Sequence record: DRR378314_483
Reading direction: 5' to 3' (one strand)
DNA: 33,954 nt
Every line of letters starts with the position of its first letter. Positions within the stretch are counted from its first letter, which is position 1. Under the pieces are notes generated by a model. It saw nothing but the letters and a program-made list of their open reading frames with translations. It was not told the DNA's origin and did not search any database. Below are positions 19,984-29,394 of this stretch, piece by piece. The position numbers and the translations under genes are program-made.

Positions 19984-20357
19984 TGGGTTTATTAAGTGGA
20001 TTAATGGGCAATGCTAGCGAAGTCGATGATGACGATTTAGAAAAAGTTCTTAGTAATACATTGGTTGATGGAGAACAAGTTGAAAAAGCCTACAAAGTCG
20101 TTCGCGACATGTTTATCTTCACAAATAAGCGTCTAATTCTTATTGATAAACAAGGTGTGACAGGCTCAAAAATTGAAATGCTGAGTGTTGGCTATTCTAA
20201 AATAACTAAGTTTAGTAAAGAGAGTGCAGGGCATTTTGACTTAGATGCAGAGCTTAAAATTTGGGTTGGTTCAGATCCCACCCCAATTAGTAAAGATTTT
20301 AAAGCGGGCGATAATATTAATGAAGTTTACAAAATAATCGCCACATATGCATTGTAA
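19983..20357 (+). CDS. Bacterial PH-domain protein (bPH_1-like)
   Basis: MGLLSGLMGNAS, RDMFIFTNKRLILIDKQG, ESAGHFDLDAELKIW; true start at ATG 19983 (TAATG overlap). Confidence 0.85.
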   Translation: MGLLSGLMGNASEVDDDDLEKVLSNTLVDGEQVEKAYKVVRDMFIFTNKRLILIDKQGVTGSKIEMLSVGYSKITKFSKESAGHFDLDAELKIWVGSDPTPISKDFKAGDNINEVYKIIATYAL

Positions 20358-20390
20358 TTAGTTGAAACAAGTAACTATTTACCTTTTCTG

Positions 20391-20421
20391 ATGCCAGCCT
20401 TTAAAGTAAGCTGGCATTTTT
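20391..20421 (+). terminator. Intrinsic terminator after the ABC-PH operon
   Basis: ATGCCAGC-loop-GCTGGCAT followed by TTTT. Confidence 0.75.
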
Positions 20422-20424
20422 ATA

Positions 20425-20470
20425 TTTACATTTCCCTACAATTGTTTACAATTAGTTCAATGTAAACAAT
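20425..20470. promoter_or_regulatory. Candidate regulator site upstream of the porin gene
   Basis: TACA repeated every 10 bp (ending 20430, 20440, 20450) plus perfect inverted repeat ATTGTTTACA-N10-TGTAAACAAT. Confidence 0.45.
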
Positions 20471-20576
20471 GGCTTGGTTAAGTTTCGATTCAGTTTTCCC
20501 GCGTTAGCATGCCCACGTCTTAACCAACAGGTTAGGCAAAACAGCAATGTAACCATGTAAATAGGGAAATCTAATT

Positions 20577-21365
20577 ATGAAAAAAATAGCAGTTATTATC
20601 TCAAGTATTCTTCTTTCAAGTGCTGCGACTGCTGCAGATACTTATGAGTCAATTAGCCATGTTAAATATACGGATTATGACGGTAACGATGTTATAAGCC
20701 TTGATTCAACTTATTACTTTTCTCCTAAAGCAACGACAGGTCCTTACGATCAATTTGAATACATTAACAAGCAAAGTAATGTTTATGGGTCATACATTGA
20801 TGACGATTTTGGTGACGTTACAAAGGTTGGTGGTGAATATTTTCTAGATCAATTTGTATTTGGTGCTGGTTACCAAAACCTTGATTATGGTAACAGTCGA
20901 GATGCTTTCAACCTTTCTGCAGGCTACTTCTTTAACCCTGACTTACTTATGAAAGCCACTTATATCGATGTTGAAGATGGTGAAGATAACTTTAGATTTG
21001 ATTTAGCTTATAACCATAAACTAAATAGCACTGATTACATCGGCTTTACCGTATCAGCAGATGACGATTTTGACTATCGTGCAGTAAGTGCAAAATATTT
21101 TATGGACCTGCAACAAGGTAACTATCTAACAGTAGAAGGTACTGTTGCTGATACTGATGATTTTGGCAGCTCTTGGGTATTAGGCTCTAACTATTACTTT
21201 ACTAAAGCCACTTCTGTGTTTGTCACATTTGATAAAAATGATGATTACAGCTTTGGCGCAGAGCACTTCTTTAACCGCAATGTTGGTTTAGAGTTAGGGT
21301 ATGCAAATAACTGGGATGACTCAGACTTTGATGCTTACTATGCTAATGTGAGCTTACAGTTTTAA
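20577..21365 (+). CDS. Putative outer-membrane beta-barrel porin
   Basis: Signal peptide, Tyr/Phe/Asp-rich alternating strands, C-terminal YYANVSLQF BAM signal. Confidence 0.8.
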   Translation: MKKIAVIISSILLSSAATAADTYESISHVKYTDYDGNDVISLDSTYYFSPKATTGPYDQFEYINKQSNVYGSYIDDDFGDVTKVGGEYFLDQFVFGAGYQNLDYGNSRDAFNLSAGYFFNPDLLMKATYIDVEDGEDNFRFDLAYNHKLNSTDYIGFTVSADDDFDYRAVSAKYFMDLQQGNYLTVEGTVADTDDFGSSWVLGSNYYFTKATSVFVTFDKNDDYSFGAEHFFNRNVGLELGYANNWDDSDFDAYYANVSLQF

Positions 21366-21384
21366 TCTTTTTGTAGATTAATTT

Positions 21385-21411
21385 AAAGCCCGCTTGAAAG
21401 CGGGCTTTTTT
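21385..21411. terminator. Bidirectional terminator between porin and peptidase genes
   Basis: AAAGCCCGCT-TGAA-AGCGGGCTTTTT. Confidence 0.85.
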
Positions 21412-21431
21412 GATCATTAATTAAAGGAGAA

Positions 21432-23273
21432 TTACCAACCGCATTGTCGTTCTTGATTTTGCTCATCTAAATATTTTTGCAATGGTGCAAAGTAATCAAG
21501 TAACGCAGTGGCGTCCATTTCTGTTTTGCCCGTTACAGTGGCAAGTGCTTCTTGCCATGGGCGGCTTGAGCCCATTTCAAGCATGGCATTGAGCTTTTCA
21601 CCCGCCGCTTTAGAATTGTAAACTGAACAACGGTGAATCGCTTCTTCGTTACCAGCAATTTCACACAGACTGCGGTGGAAATCAAATTGAAGAATATGTG
21701 CTAAGAAGTAGCGAGTGTAAGGTGTGTTGCCTGGTACGTGGTATTTTGCACCTGGATCAAAATCAGCTTCTGTTCTAGTTATGGGTGCTTGAATACCTTG
21801 ATACTTCTGGCGTAAATCCCACCAAGCTTGGTTGTAATTTTCAGCTGTTACTTCACCTGAGAACACTTTCCAACGCCATTGGTCCACTAATAAACCAAAT
21901 GGAATGAAGGCCACTTTATCCAGTGCCATTTTCATTAGTAAGCCAATGTCTTTAGATTCGTCTGGTACTTGCTCTAATAAACCAATCTCTTTTAAATAAC
22001 CAGGTGTAACAGAAAGTGCAATTGTATCACCAATGGCTTCATGGAACCCATCGTTAGCACTTTCTTGATAATAAAGTGGCTGTGTATTGTACGCACGCTG
22101 ATAAAAATTATGACCTAATTCATGGTGTATAACTGAAAATTCTTCACCTGTACGTTGAATACACATTTTAATACGCAGGTCGTCTTTACTATCAATGTTC
22201 CAGGCTGATGCATGGCATTGCACATCACGATCTTTGGGTTTGGTAAATAGTGAACGTTCATAAAACGTCTCTGGGAGAGGCTCGAACCCCATTGAAGTGA
22301 AAAACGTCTCAGCACCTTTCACCATTTTTAGTTCATCATAATTATGCTCAGCGAGTAACGCTGTTACATCATAGCCTGGATCTGCATTTTCAGGGGCAAC
22401 AACGTCATAGATATTGCCCCATGTTTGTGCCCACATGTTGCCTAATAAATGTGCAGGAATTGGTTGGTCTTGTGGTACTTTATCTTCACCATATTTCTCG
22501 CCTAGCTTTGCACGTACATGACAATGCAATGAATCATAAAGTGGTTTAACTTGTCCCCAAATACGGTCAAGTTCATTTGCAAAATCATCTGCAGGCATAT
22601 CATACTTACTGCGCCACATCGCGCCGGTATCAGCGTAACCAAGCTCTTTAGCACCTTCATTTGTTAAAGTTACTTGTTGCTCATATAGAGGTCGCATTGG
22701 CTTAGAAACTTGACGCCAGCCTTGCCATAGATCAAGTAATTCATTGTAATCACGACTTGTGGCCATTTTTGCTGTCATATCGCCTAAGCTTAAACAATTG
22801 CCATTTTCTTTGCAGTACTTACCTTTGCCGTAGATACCACCAAGCTCTGCCACTAACTGCGATAGTTTAGCTGTTTTTTCAGCATCTTGAGGCGCAGGCA
22901 ATGTGAGTGCCAATTTTAGCTTATCTAATTTACGTCGGGCATCGTAATCAAGGTCTAAAGAATCAAACTGAGCCGCTTCATTTGCAAGGCGCACAACCGC
23001 TTCCGTCATCTTGCGGTTTACTTCTGCTGAAAGCGCAGCGGTATCATGCGTAATAAAGTTCGCATAAATCCACTCTGCGCGGCTTGATTCTAAATAGAGT
23101 GCGTTAAGTTCTTGTTCCGTTTTATCTATAAAGTTTCGTGCATCAGCTGCGCTTACTGAAGTGCTAACAGTAGTGTGTTGTTTTTCAGAAGTGTTTTGGT
23201 CACAACCTGATAGTGCTAATGCACTCGTGGCCATTAATACGCTCAGACTAAGCTTAAAATGTGGAGTAGTCAT
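21432..23273 (-). CDS. M2 family metallopeptidase (ACE-like peptidyl-dipeptidase), predicted lipoprotein
   Basis: HHELGH zinc motif, GFHEAIGD, PAHLLGNMWAQ, CHASAW, FDPGAKYH; LSGC lipobox. Confidence 0.93.
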   Translation of the reverse strand: MTTPHFKLSLSVLMATSALALSGCDQNTSEKQHTTVSTSVSAADARNFIDKTEQELNALYLESSRAEWIYANFITHDTAALSAEVNRKMTEAVVRLANEAAQFDSLDLDYDARRKLDKLKLALTLPAPQDAEKTAKLSQLVAELGGIYGKGKYCKENGNCLSLGDMTAKMATSRDYNELLDLWQGWRQVSKPMRPLYEQQVTLTNEGAKELGYADTGAMWRSKYDMPADDFANELDRIWGQVKPLYDSLHCHVRAKLGEKYGEDKVPQDQPIPAHLLGNMWAQTWGNIYDVVAPENADPGYDVTALLAEHNYDELKMVKGAETFFTSMGFEPLPETFYERSLFTKPKDRDVQCHASAWNIDSKDDLRIKMCIQRTGEEFSVIHHELGHNFYQRAYNTQPLYYQESANDGFHEAIGDTIALSVTPGYLKEIGLLEQVPDESKDIGLLMKMALDKVAFIPFGLLVDQWRWKVFSGEVTAENYNQAWWDLRQKYQGIQAPITRTEADFDPGAKYHVPGNTPYTRYFLAHILQFDFHRSLCEIAGNEEAIHRCSVYNSKAAGEKLNAMLEMGSSRPWQEALATVTGKTEMDATALLDYFAPLQKYLDEQNQERQCGW

Positions 23274-23342
23274 ATTTACCCTTATATTTGTTATTTATCG
23301 CTATGGATGATAGCAGTGTCTCAAAGCATGGCAAAATATATA

Positions 23343-23504
23343 ATTCCAATCTGTAACAGTACTTAATCATTTTGCGGGGATAAACGTGTGGCTACCTGCG
23401 TTAAAAAACTCTCATTTAGAGCAACTAGATAGCAAATTTTTTGCCTTGCTATCAACACTTTTTTCTATCCTCAAAATAGAGCACTTAATTAAGCGAATTG
23501 GTTT
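23343..23504. repeat. About 160-bp ERIC/MITE-like interspersed palindromic element
   Basis: Imperfect terminal inverted repeats ATTCCAAT...ATTGGTTT, nested ATTTTG/CAAAAT and TTTAG/CTAGA arms; resembles an Alteromonadales intergenic repeat recalled from memory. Confidence 0.6.
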
Positions 23505-23562
23505 AAGTTTTTGTTTGCATATGTGTAACCAGAGAATAATGGTTTTATTGTATTTATAAAAG

Positions 23563-23579
23563 GATCGGTCATACTTAAA
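23563..23579. promoter_or_regulatory. Possible FadR-type operator upstream of fadE
   Basis: GATCGGTCATACTTAAA partially matches AACTGGTCnGACCAGTT, about 40 bp before the start codon. Confidence 0.3.
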
Positions 23580-23615
23580 ACAATTAATTTCCATCAATTG
23601 AAAAGGATCGTTTCC

Positions 23616-25892
23616 ATGTCAGTGTTCATTTTATTACTGGTTTTGGTGATAGTTGTATTTGCTGTAAAAGATATCCGCATCAGCTTAATTAGTCGCCCAG
23701 CCTTTAAATTTTTTAAAAAAGTATTGCCGCCTTTGTCACAAACAGAACGGGAAGCTATGGAGGCTGGCGATGTTTGGTGGGATGGGGAGCTGTTTAGTGG
23801 TAACCCTGACTGGAAAGTTCTTCATAGCTACCCTAAGCCAGAATTGAGTAAAAAGGAATGTGCATTTTTAGATAATGAGGTAGAAACATTACTAGCAATG
23901 CTTGATGACTACCAAATTGTTCAAAAAGATAAAGACTTGCCTAAAGAGGTTTGGGATTACCTCAAAGTAAATGGTTTCTTCGCAATGATTATTCCTGAAA
24001 AGTTTGGCGGACGTCAGTTCTCAGCGATTGCAAATTCTACTATTGTGGCAAAAATTGCGACTAAAAGCTTAACTGCTGCGGTTACCGTTATGGTGCCAAA
24101 CAGTTTAGGTCCAGGTGAGTTATTGCTTCACTATGGTACTAAAGAGCAGCAAGAACGATGGTTGCCAACTTTAGCAACTGGCGAAGATGTGCCTTGTTTT
24201 GCCCTAACAGGGCCTGAAGCTGGCTCCGATGCGGGCAGTATTCCTGATTCTGGTGTGGTGTGTAAAGGTGAGTTTAATGGTGAAGAAGTAATTGGACTTC
24301 GTTTAAACTGGTCCAAACGTTACATAACATTGGCACCTGTGGCCACAGTGCTTGGGCTTGCGTTTAAAATGTACGATCCCGAATGCTTGCTGGGTAAAGA
24401 GAAAGAGCTTGGTATTACTTGTGCGCTAATACCCACAGATCATGAGGGTGTTAAAATCGGCGAGCGTCATTATCCGCTTAATATGGCGTTTATGAATGGA
24501 ACGACCTACGGTAAAGATGTATTTATACCACTAGAGTGGATTATTGGTGGTCAACAGGGCGCAGGCAGAGGTTGGCGGATGCTCGTTGAGTGCCTTAGTG
24601 CAGGTCGTGGTATTTCACTTCCTGCATTGAGTAGTGCTACAGGGCATTTATGTTCACGCATGACATCAGCTTATGCTGTGGTAAGACAGCAGTTTGGTGT
24701 ATCAATAGGGCAGTTTGAGGGGGTCCAAGAAGCGTTAGCGCGTATTGGTGGCTTAACTTATAGTTTGGAGTCTTGCCGACTAATGACCGCAGGTGCAATT
24801 GATTTAAAACTCAGCCCATCGGTTGTCACAGCTATTGCGAAATACCATATGACAGAGATGGGGCGAACCGTGATGAATGATGCAATGGATATTCACTCAG
24901 GTAAGGGTATTCAAGTAGGGCCAAATAACTATTTAGCTCATGGATACATGGGGATCCCGGTTTCTATAACCGTAGAAGGCGCCAACATATTAACACGTAA
25001 TTTAATGATTTTTGGACAAGGCGCAACACGTTGTCACCCATTTGTACTTAAAGAAATGGAAGCGGCTGGCATGGAAGATGATGAGCTTGCTTTAAAGCAA
25101 TTTGATGGGTTGTTGTTACAGCATATTATATTTGCCGGTACCAATGCAGGCATGGCGTTTGTACATGGACTGACTCGAAGCTATTTTGCTAAGTCTCCTG
25201 TGAGTGGCGCAACAACGAATTATTATAAGCAGTTAGGCAGAATGAGTCGCGGATTAGCATTTTGCACTGATGTAGCTATGCTTATTTTAGGTGGAGAGCT
25301 GAAGCGAAAAGAAATGATTTCTGCACGCTTAGGTGATGTGTTGAGCCACCTATATATTGCCTCAACTGTTCTCAAACGGTTTGAAGATGAAGGCCGACAA
25401 CAAGCAGACTTAGCATTTGTTCAGTATTCAGTGGAGCGAAATTTATTTGAAATTGGGCAAGCGTTTGATGGCTTCTTTAAAAACTTTTCAAATCCATTCG
25501 TTAATTTTTTACTCAAACGAATAGTTTTCCCACTGGGTAATCATTACCATCGTCCTAGTGATAATATAGCTCAAACAATATGCGAGCATATGACTAAGCC
25601 GGGCGTTTTCAGAAATCGATTAACTCACTTATGCTATGTTGATAATAATGCAGGTACAGGTGTAATGGAGCAAGCATTTGCAGCAATGAATGACACTGCT
25701 GATGCATTCAAACGTATAAAGAAGTGGCAGCGTGAGGGCGTTTTAAATCGTAATGCATCGGTCGAAGTAGTAATTGATGAAGCAGTTGAAAAACAACTGA
25801 TTACAGAGCAAGAGGGTAGGCGTCTACAAGACGCAAATGAGCTTAGGAAACAAGCCATAGCGGTAGATAACTTTGCAAAAGGAACACTTTAA
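23616..25892 (+). CDS. fadE: Acyl-CoA dehydrogenase FadE
   Basis: LPPLSQTEREAMEAG, MVPNSLGPGELL, FALTGPEAGSDA, ITVEGANILTR; ATG 23616 after AAGGA preferred over TTG 23598. Confidence 0.9.
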   Translation: MSVFILLLVLVIVVFAVKDIRISLISRPAFKFFKKVLPPLSQTEREAMEAGDVWWDGELFSGNPDWKVLHSYPKPELSKKECAFLDNEVETLLAMLDDYQIVQKDKDLPKEVWDYLKVNGFFAMIIPEKFGGRQFSAIANSTIVAKIATKSLTAAVTVMVPNSLGPGELLLHYGTKEQQERWLPTLATGEDVPCFALTGPEAGSDAGSIPDSGVVCKGEFNGEEVIGLRLNWSKRYITLAPVATVLGLAFKMYDPECLLGKEKELGITCALIPTDHEGVKIGERHYPLNMAFMNGTTYGKDVFIPLEWIIGGQQGAGRGWRMLVECLSAGRGISLPALSSATGHLCSRMTSAYAVVRQQFGVSIGQFEGVQEALARIGGLTYSLESCRLMTAGAIDLKLSPSVVTAIAKYHMTEMGRTVMNDAMDIHSGKGIQVGPNNYLAHGYMGIPVSITVEGANILTRNLMIFGQGATRCHPFVLKEMEAAGMEDDELALKQFDGLLLQHIIFAGTNAGMAFVHGLTRSYFAKSPVSGATTNYYKQLGRMSRGLAFCTDVAMLILGGELKRKEMISARLGDVLSHLYIASTVLKRFEDEGRQQADLAFVQYSVERNLFEIGQAFDGFFKNFSNPFVNFLLKRIVFPLGNHYHRPSDNIAQTICEHMTKPGVFRNRLTHLCYVDNNAGTGVMEQAFAAMNDTADAFKRIKKWQREGVLNRNASVEVVIDEAVEKQLITEQEGRRLQDANELRKQAIAVDNFAKGTL

Positions 25893-25982
25893 AACGAAAA
25901 AAAAGCCTTTAAATATAAAGGCTTTCAGTATTTAATATCAATATCTAATACATCTCATAACCAGAGCTTAGGTTATTGAAAA

Positions 25983-26423
25983 TTATCTGGCAAATGGGTC
26001 TGGGTTTATTTTATCCACGTACCATTTGCCTTTCTTACGCACCATTTTAACACTGCGCATATCATCAACCTTGTTACCATTAAAGTAACCAGTAAATATA
26101 AGGTTTATATTAGCCTTATCACCATACTGCTCTCGAAGGCTCATGTTTGTCATGTCTACTTCAATAACTACTTCGTCATATTGCATATTAACTAAATTGC
26201 GAGCGAATTGTTTAGAAGTACCATATGACTTCATTATTCTGCCTAATTTAGGCGTAGCCATTGTCATCGCCTTATTGAGGTCTTTCGCATTATACAAGGC
26301 ATCAAAATACATAGTCGCACCTTCCCCTGGTGTACTTGAGTCACCAGAAGTAGACTCTTCACTACCACAGCCTGATAGTGAAAGAATAGAAATGAGTGTA
26401 AAAAGCGTTAATAAATATTTCAT
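25983..26423 (-). CDS. Hypothetical lipoprotein, possible NTF2-like fold
   Basis: MKYLLTLF...LSGC lipobox, Ser-rich linker, C-terminal VKMVRKKGKWYVDK; start moved to 26423. Confidence 0.7.
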   Translation of the reverse strand: MKYLLTLFTLISILSLSGCGSEESTSGDSSTPGEGATMYFDALYNAKDLNKAMTMATPKLGRIMKSYGTSKQFARNLVNMQYDEVVIEVDMTNMSLREQYGDKANINLIFTGYFNGNKVDDMRSVKMVRKKGKWYVDKINPDPFAR

Positions 26424-26651
26424 TTTAAATTGTTTTACAGATTCCAGATGATTCAAGTGTGAGACGAATTAATAAAGATGTAAAGTTTAATAGCAGTAAT
26501 AATTAGATTTAGTGACATTTTTTAGTACTAAAAGCGTAGTCCATGTTATTGCAATTAAACTAATGATAATAAGCTTTAAGAAAAAGCGAGGCAGACAAAT
26601 CAAAACGGCCCTTTAAATCATACTAATGAACTACTAAAGACAGATTTTTCT

Positions 26652-26984
26652 CTAATGATCTGCTCTTAAGCTGTTTAGCCATTGTTCAGGGTCGGGCAAA
26701 AGAAACTCGATATTATGGTTCTGTTTGGTCGTAATCTTAATGCCGCTTTGTGTTATTGGAATAATACCAGCAGCTTTTCCTGCACAGCGTTCAACACGAC
26801 TAATGGTGTTTAATTTTATTGTGTATGAACCTAAATTTAATTGTTTATTTAGTGATTCAAAGTGAAGCAAATGTTCGGTCAACGTTAATCGGCCATCAGC
26901 TTTTGCTGAACCAAGTTGCAGTGTTGCGTAGCTGCTTTTTAGCTGCGTAACGTCAGAAAATAGCATACCCATAATTCGCTCCAT
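26652..26984 (-). CDS. Hypothetical protein, GRAM/PH-like
   Basis: GRLTLTEHLLHFES, IKLNTISRV and C-terminal helix PEQWLNSL pattern; start codon uncertain. Confidence 0.55.
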   Translation of the reverse strand: MERIMGMLFSDVTQLKSSYATLQLGSAKADGRLTLTEHLLHFESLNKQLNLGSYTIKLNTISRVERCAGKAAGIIPITQSGIKITTKQNHNIEFLLPDPEQWLNSLRADH

Positions 26985-27069
26985 GATTGATTAAACAAAA
27001 TATTATGCTGTCAGTTGGAGTGTGTCAAATTTGTAAATGAAACTTTGCTTTATTGTTGTAAAACTGCCG

Positions 27070-27489
27070 TTACAAAAAGTACCTGTCTTTGTTATGTTTC
27101 TTTTGGTGTTTACTTACAGAAACAAAAACTAAAATTGCGACCAACATTTGTATAAATAGTGCAGCTAGCATGATGATTAAATCCAACCGACTATTGATGA
27201 TATTTATGTTGCTTAACTCTATAAACCACGCGAGTAAAAGCATTCCAAGCAACGATATGTGGATAATTTGTTGCAACTTAACCTTAAAAGAAAGTGGCTT
27301 ATATTGGCTAAATACCAGTAATACAGTACTCACTATGGGGGTCAATACTATACTGGCGTAGATAAGTGTTAGAATCGGTCCCCAATGAAATCCATTAGTA
27401 TTTATTGACTGAGCTATTTTTGTTTCACACCCAGCAAGCATAATTAAAGCTAATAACAAGGCTGAGGTCCTTAATAAGTAATTCTTCAT
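27070..27489 (-). CDS. Hypothetical membrane protein with lipoprotein-like signal
   Basis: LAGC lipobox followed by three hydrophobic segments and a basic tail. Confidence 0.55.
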   Translation of the reverse strand: MKNYLLRTSALLLALIMLAGCETKIAQSINTNGFHWGPILTLIYASIVLTPIVSTVLLVFSQYKPLSFKVKLQQIIHISLLGMLLLAWFIELSNINIINSRLDLIIMLAALFIQMLVAILVFVSVSKHQKKHNKDRYFL

Positions 27490-27547
27490 AAATTCTGTCT
27501 AATTTTATAGTGGCTTAAAATGTTTAAATAAATCGGGCACGCAAAGT

Positions 27548-29221
27548 TTAGCCATGAGCAGAGATAAGCTCTTTGGCATTCGCTTTGGCCATTTTACTAA
27601 TGTTGTCACCAGCGAGCAGCCTTGCAATTTCGTCGATTCTGCCGTCTTTATTTAAGGGTTTCATATGGGTAAATGTTTCACCGTTTGCAATTTCTTTGGC
27701 TACAAAAAACTGTTGATGACCAGAGCTTGCCACTTGAGGTAAGTGTGTCACACAAATGACCTGTGTTGACTTGCCTAGTTGGCGTAATAATTTTCCTACA
27801 GCAGATGCCGTAGGGCCAGAAATACCCACATCTACCTCATCAAAAATAAGTGTTGGCGTTGTTACTTTTTGCGCAATAATGACTTGTATGGCCAAGCTTA
27901 TTCGTGAAAGCTCTCCACCAGATGCAACTTTTGATAAAGGTTGTAAAGGTTGTCCTGGATTTGTGGAGACTAAAAAAGCAATGCAGTCATAGCCTAGGTT
28001 AGTAGGTACGCGTGATGGCTCTTGGCTAAGTGCAATCTCGAATTGCCCATTCTCCATCGATAAGTTAGCCATACTTTGGCTAATCAGTTTATTTAAATCA
28101 CTGGCAGCTTTTATCCGGCTATTACTCAATACACAAGCGGCTTCTTTATAAAGATCCAAGGACAAAGTTATTTCAGATTCTAACTGTTCCAAACGTGATG
28201 AATTATTGCTAATTGATTCCAACTCGCTACTGATTGATTGATGAAAATCTACTAGTTCTTCAGGTTTTATATGATGCTTACGCGCTAAATCTAAAGCACC
28301 ACTCAAACGTTCTTCGACTTCAACAAGCCGGCTTGGGTCTAGCTCTGTTTGATCAGCATAATTTCTAATCTCGCGACTGGCTTCTTCTACTTGCACAGCG
28401 GCTTCTTCTAACAAAGTAGCGACACTCGTTAAGCTATTGTCGTAATGCGCTAACTCAGCAAAGCGTTGAGCACTATGCTGTAATATTGAGCAAGCATTTT
28501 GCTCATCACTTTCGTATAAATGCTGTAGCTCACGTTGGCACGATTCAAGTATCGTCTGGCTGTGGCTTAACTTATGGTGCTCAGCTTCAATCTGTTGAAA
28601 TTCATTTTCTTGTAAAGCAAATTCGTCAAGTTCGGCTACTTGGTATTCTAACAGTTGTTTTTGCGCCGCCTCTTTCAGTTGAGACTGCTCGAGAATGGCA
28701 TACTCTTTTTGCAAGTTTTGGTGTTCGCGATAGCATTTACGCACATTAGAGACTAAATCAGTGTGTCCTGCGTAGGCATCTAACAAATTGAGTTGGTGGT
28801 CTGCTTTCAAAAGATATTGGTGCGCATGCTGCCCATGAATCGAAATTAGGTGTTGTCCTAATTCTTTTAGCTGTGTGGCTGTTACAGGACTACCATTAAT
28901 ATAACTCTTACTACGACCGTTTTTACAAATGACACGTCTTAATAAACATTCGTTTTCATCATTTGTTAATAACTGTTGTTGTAAATAGTCAGTAGCATTA
29001 GGCAGATTAGCAATATCAAAGTGAGCACTTATTTCCGCGCGCTCTGTACCAGGGCGCACCGCTGCGGCATCAGCACGTTCACCTAAGCAAAGTGATAATG
29101 CATCTATTGCAATTGATTTACCTGCGCCAGTCTCACCTGTAATAGCGGTCATACCGCTATGCCACTCGGTGCTAAGATTATTTACAATGGCAAAGTTTTT
29201 AATTTCGAGTCCGATTAACAT
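27548..29221 (-). CDS. recN: DNA repair protein RecN
   Basis: IKNFAIV, TGETGAGKS, IHGQH, ASGGELSR, IFDEVDVG, VTHLPQVA; start at 29221. Confidence 0.97.
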   Translation of the reverse strand: MLIGLEIKNFAIVNNLSTEWHSGMTAITGETGAGKSIAIDALSLCLGERADAAAVRPGTERAEISAHFDIANLPNATDYLQQQLLTNDENECLLRRVICKNGRSKSYINGSPVTATQLKELGQHLISIHGQHAHQYLLKADHQLNLLDAYAGHTDLVSNVRKCYREHQNLQKEYAILEQSQLKEAAQKQLLEYQVAELDEFALQENEFQQIEAEHHKLSHSQTILESCQRELQHLYESDEQNACSILQHSAQRFAELAHYDNSLTSVATLLEEAAVQVEEASREIRNYADQTELDPSRLVEVEERLSGALDLARKHHIKPEELVDFHQSISSELESISNNSSRLEQLESEITLSLDLYKEAACVLSNSRIKAASDLNKLISQSMANLSMENGQFEIALSQEPSRVPTNLGYDCIAFLVSTNPGQPLQPLSKVASGGELSRISLAIQVIIAQKVTTPTLIFDEVDVGISGPTASAVGKLLRQLGKSTQVICVTHLPQVASSGHQQFFVAKEIANGETFTHMKPLNKDGRIDEIARLLAGDNISKMAKANAKELISAHG

Positions 29222-29222
29222 A

Positions 29223-29262
29223 CTGTTCATCCATCCAGTCAATTAACTGTTAATTTATACAG
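29223..29262. promoter_or_regulatory. Two LexA (SOS) boxes upstream of recN
   Basis: CTGTTCATCCATCCAG (29223-29238) and CTGTTAATTTATACAG (29247-29262), both CTG-N10-CAG; the second overlaps the predicted -10 TAAATT. Confidence 0.88.
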
Positions 29263-29394
29263 TGTTTTGTTTTTTTGCAAATAAAATTTCTATTTTGTTC
29301 GGATTACAAAGCAGTAGATGTAACGAGAAAAGTTGATATGACGTCGGGAAAGGGCTTGAAATGCAAAGGTTAGGGTGCAGAAGCACCCTGTGAT

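Noticed and set aside
23412-23597. 61-aa minus-strand ORF
   Set aside because: Runs through the fadE promoter and the repeat element; no coding signal
26520-26533. Perfect palindrome TTTTAGTACTAAAA
   Set aside because: Low complexity in an AT-rich spacer, single copy; chance cannot be excluded
29222-29242. N-terminal extension of recN given in the ORF track
   Set aside because: Covers an SOS box; the RecN-like sequence begins at MLIGLEIKNF (29221)
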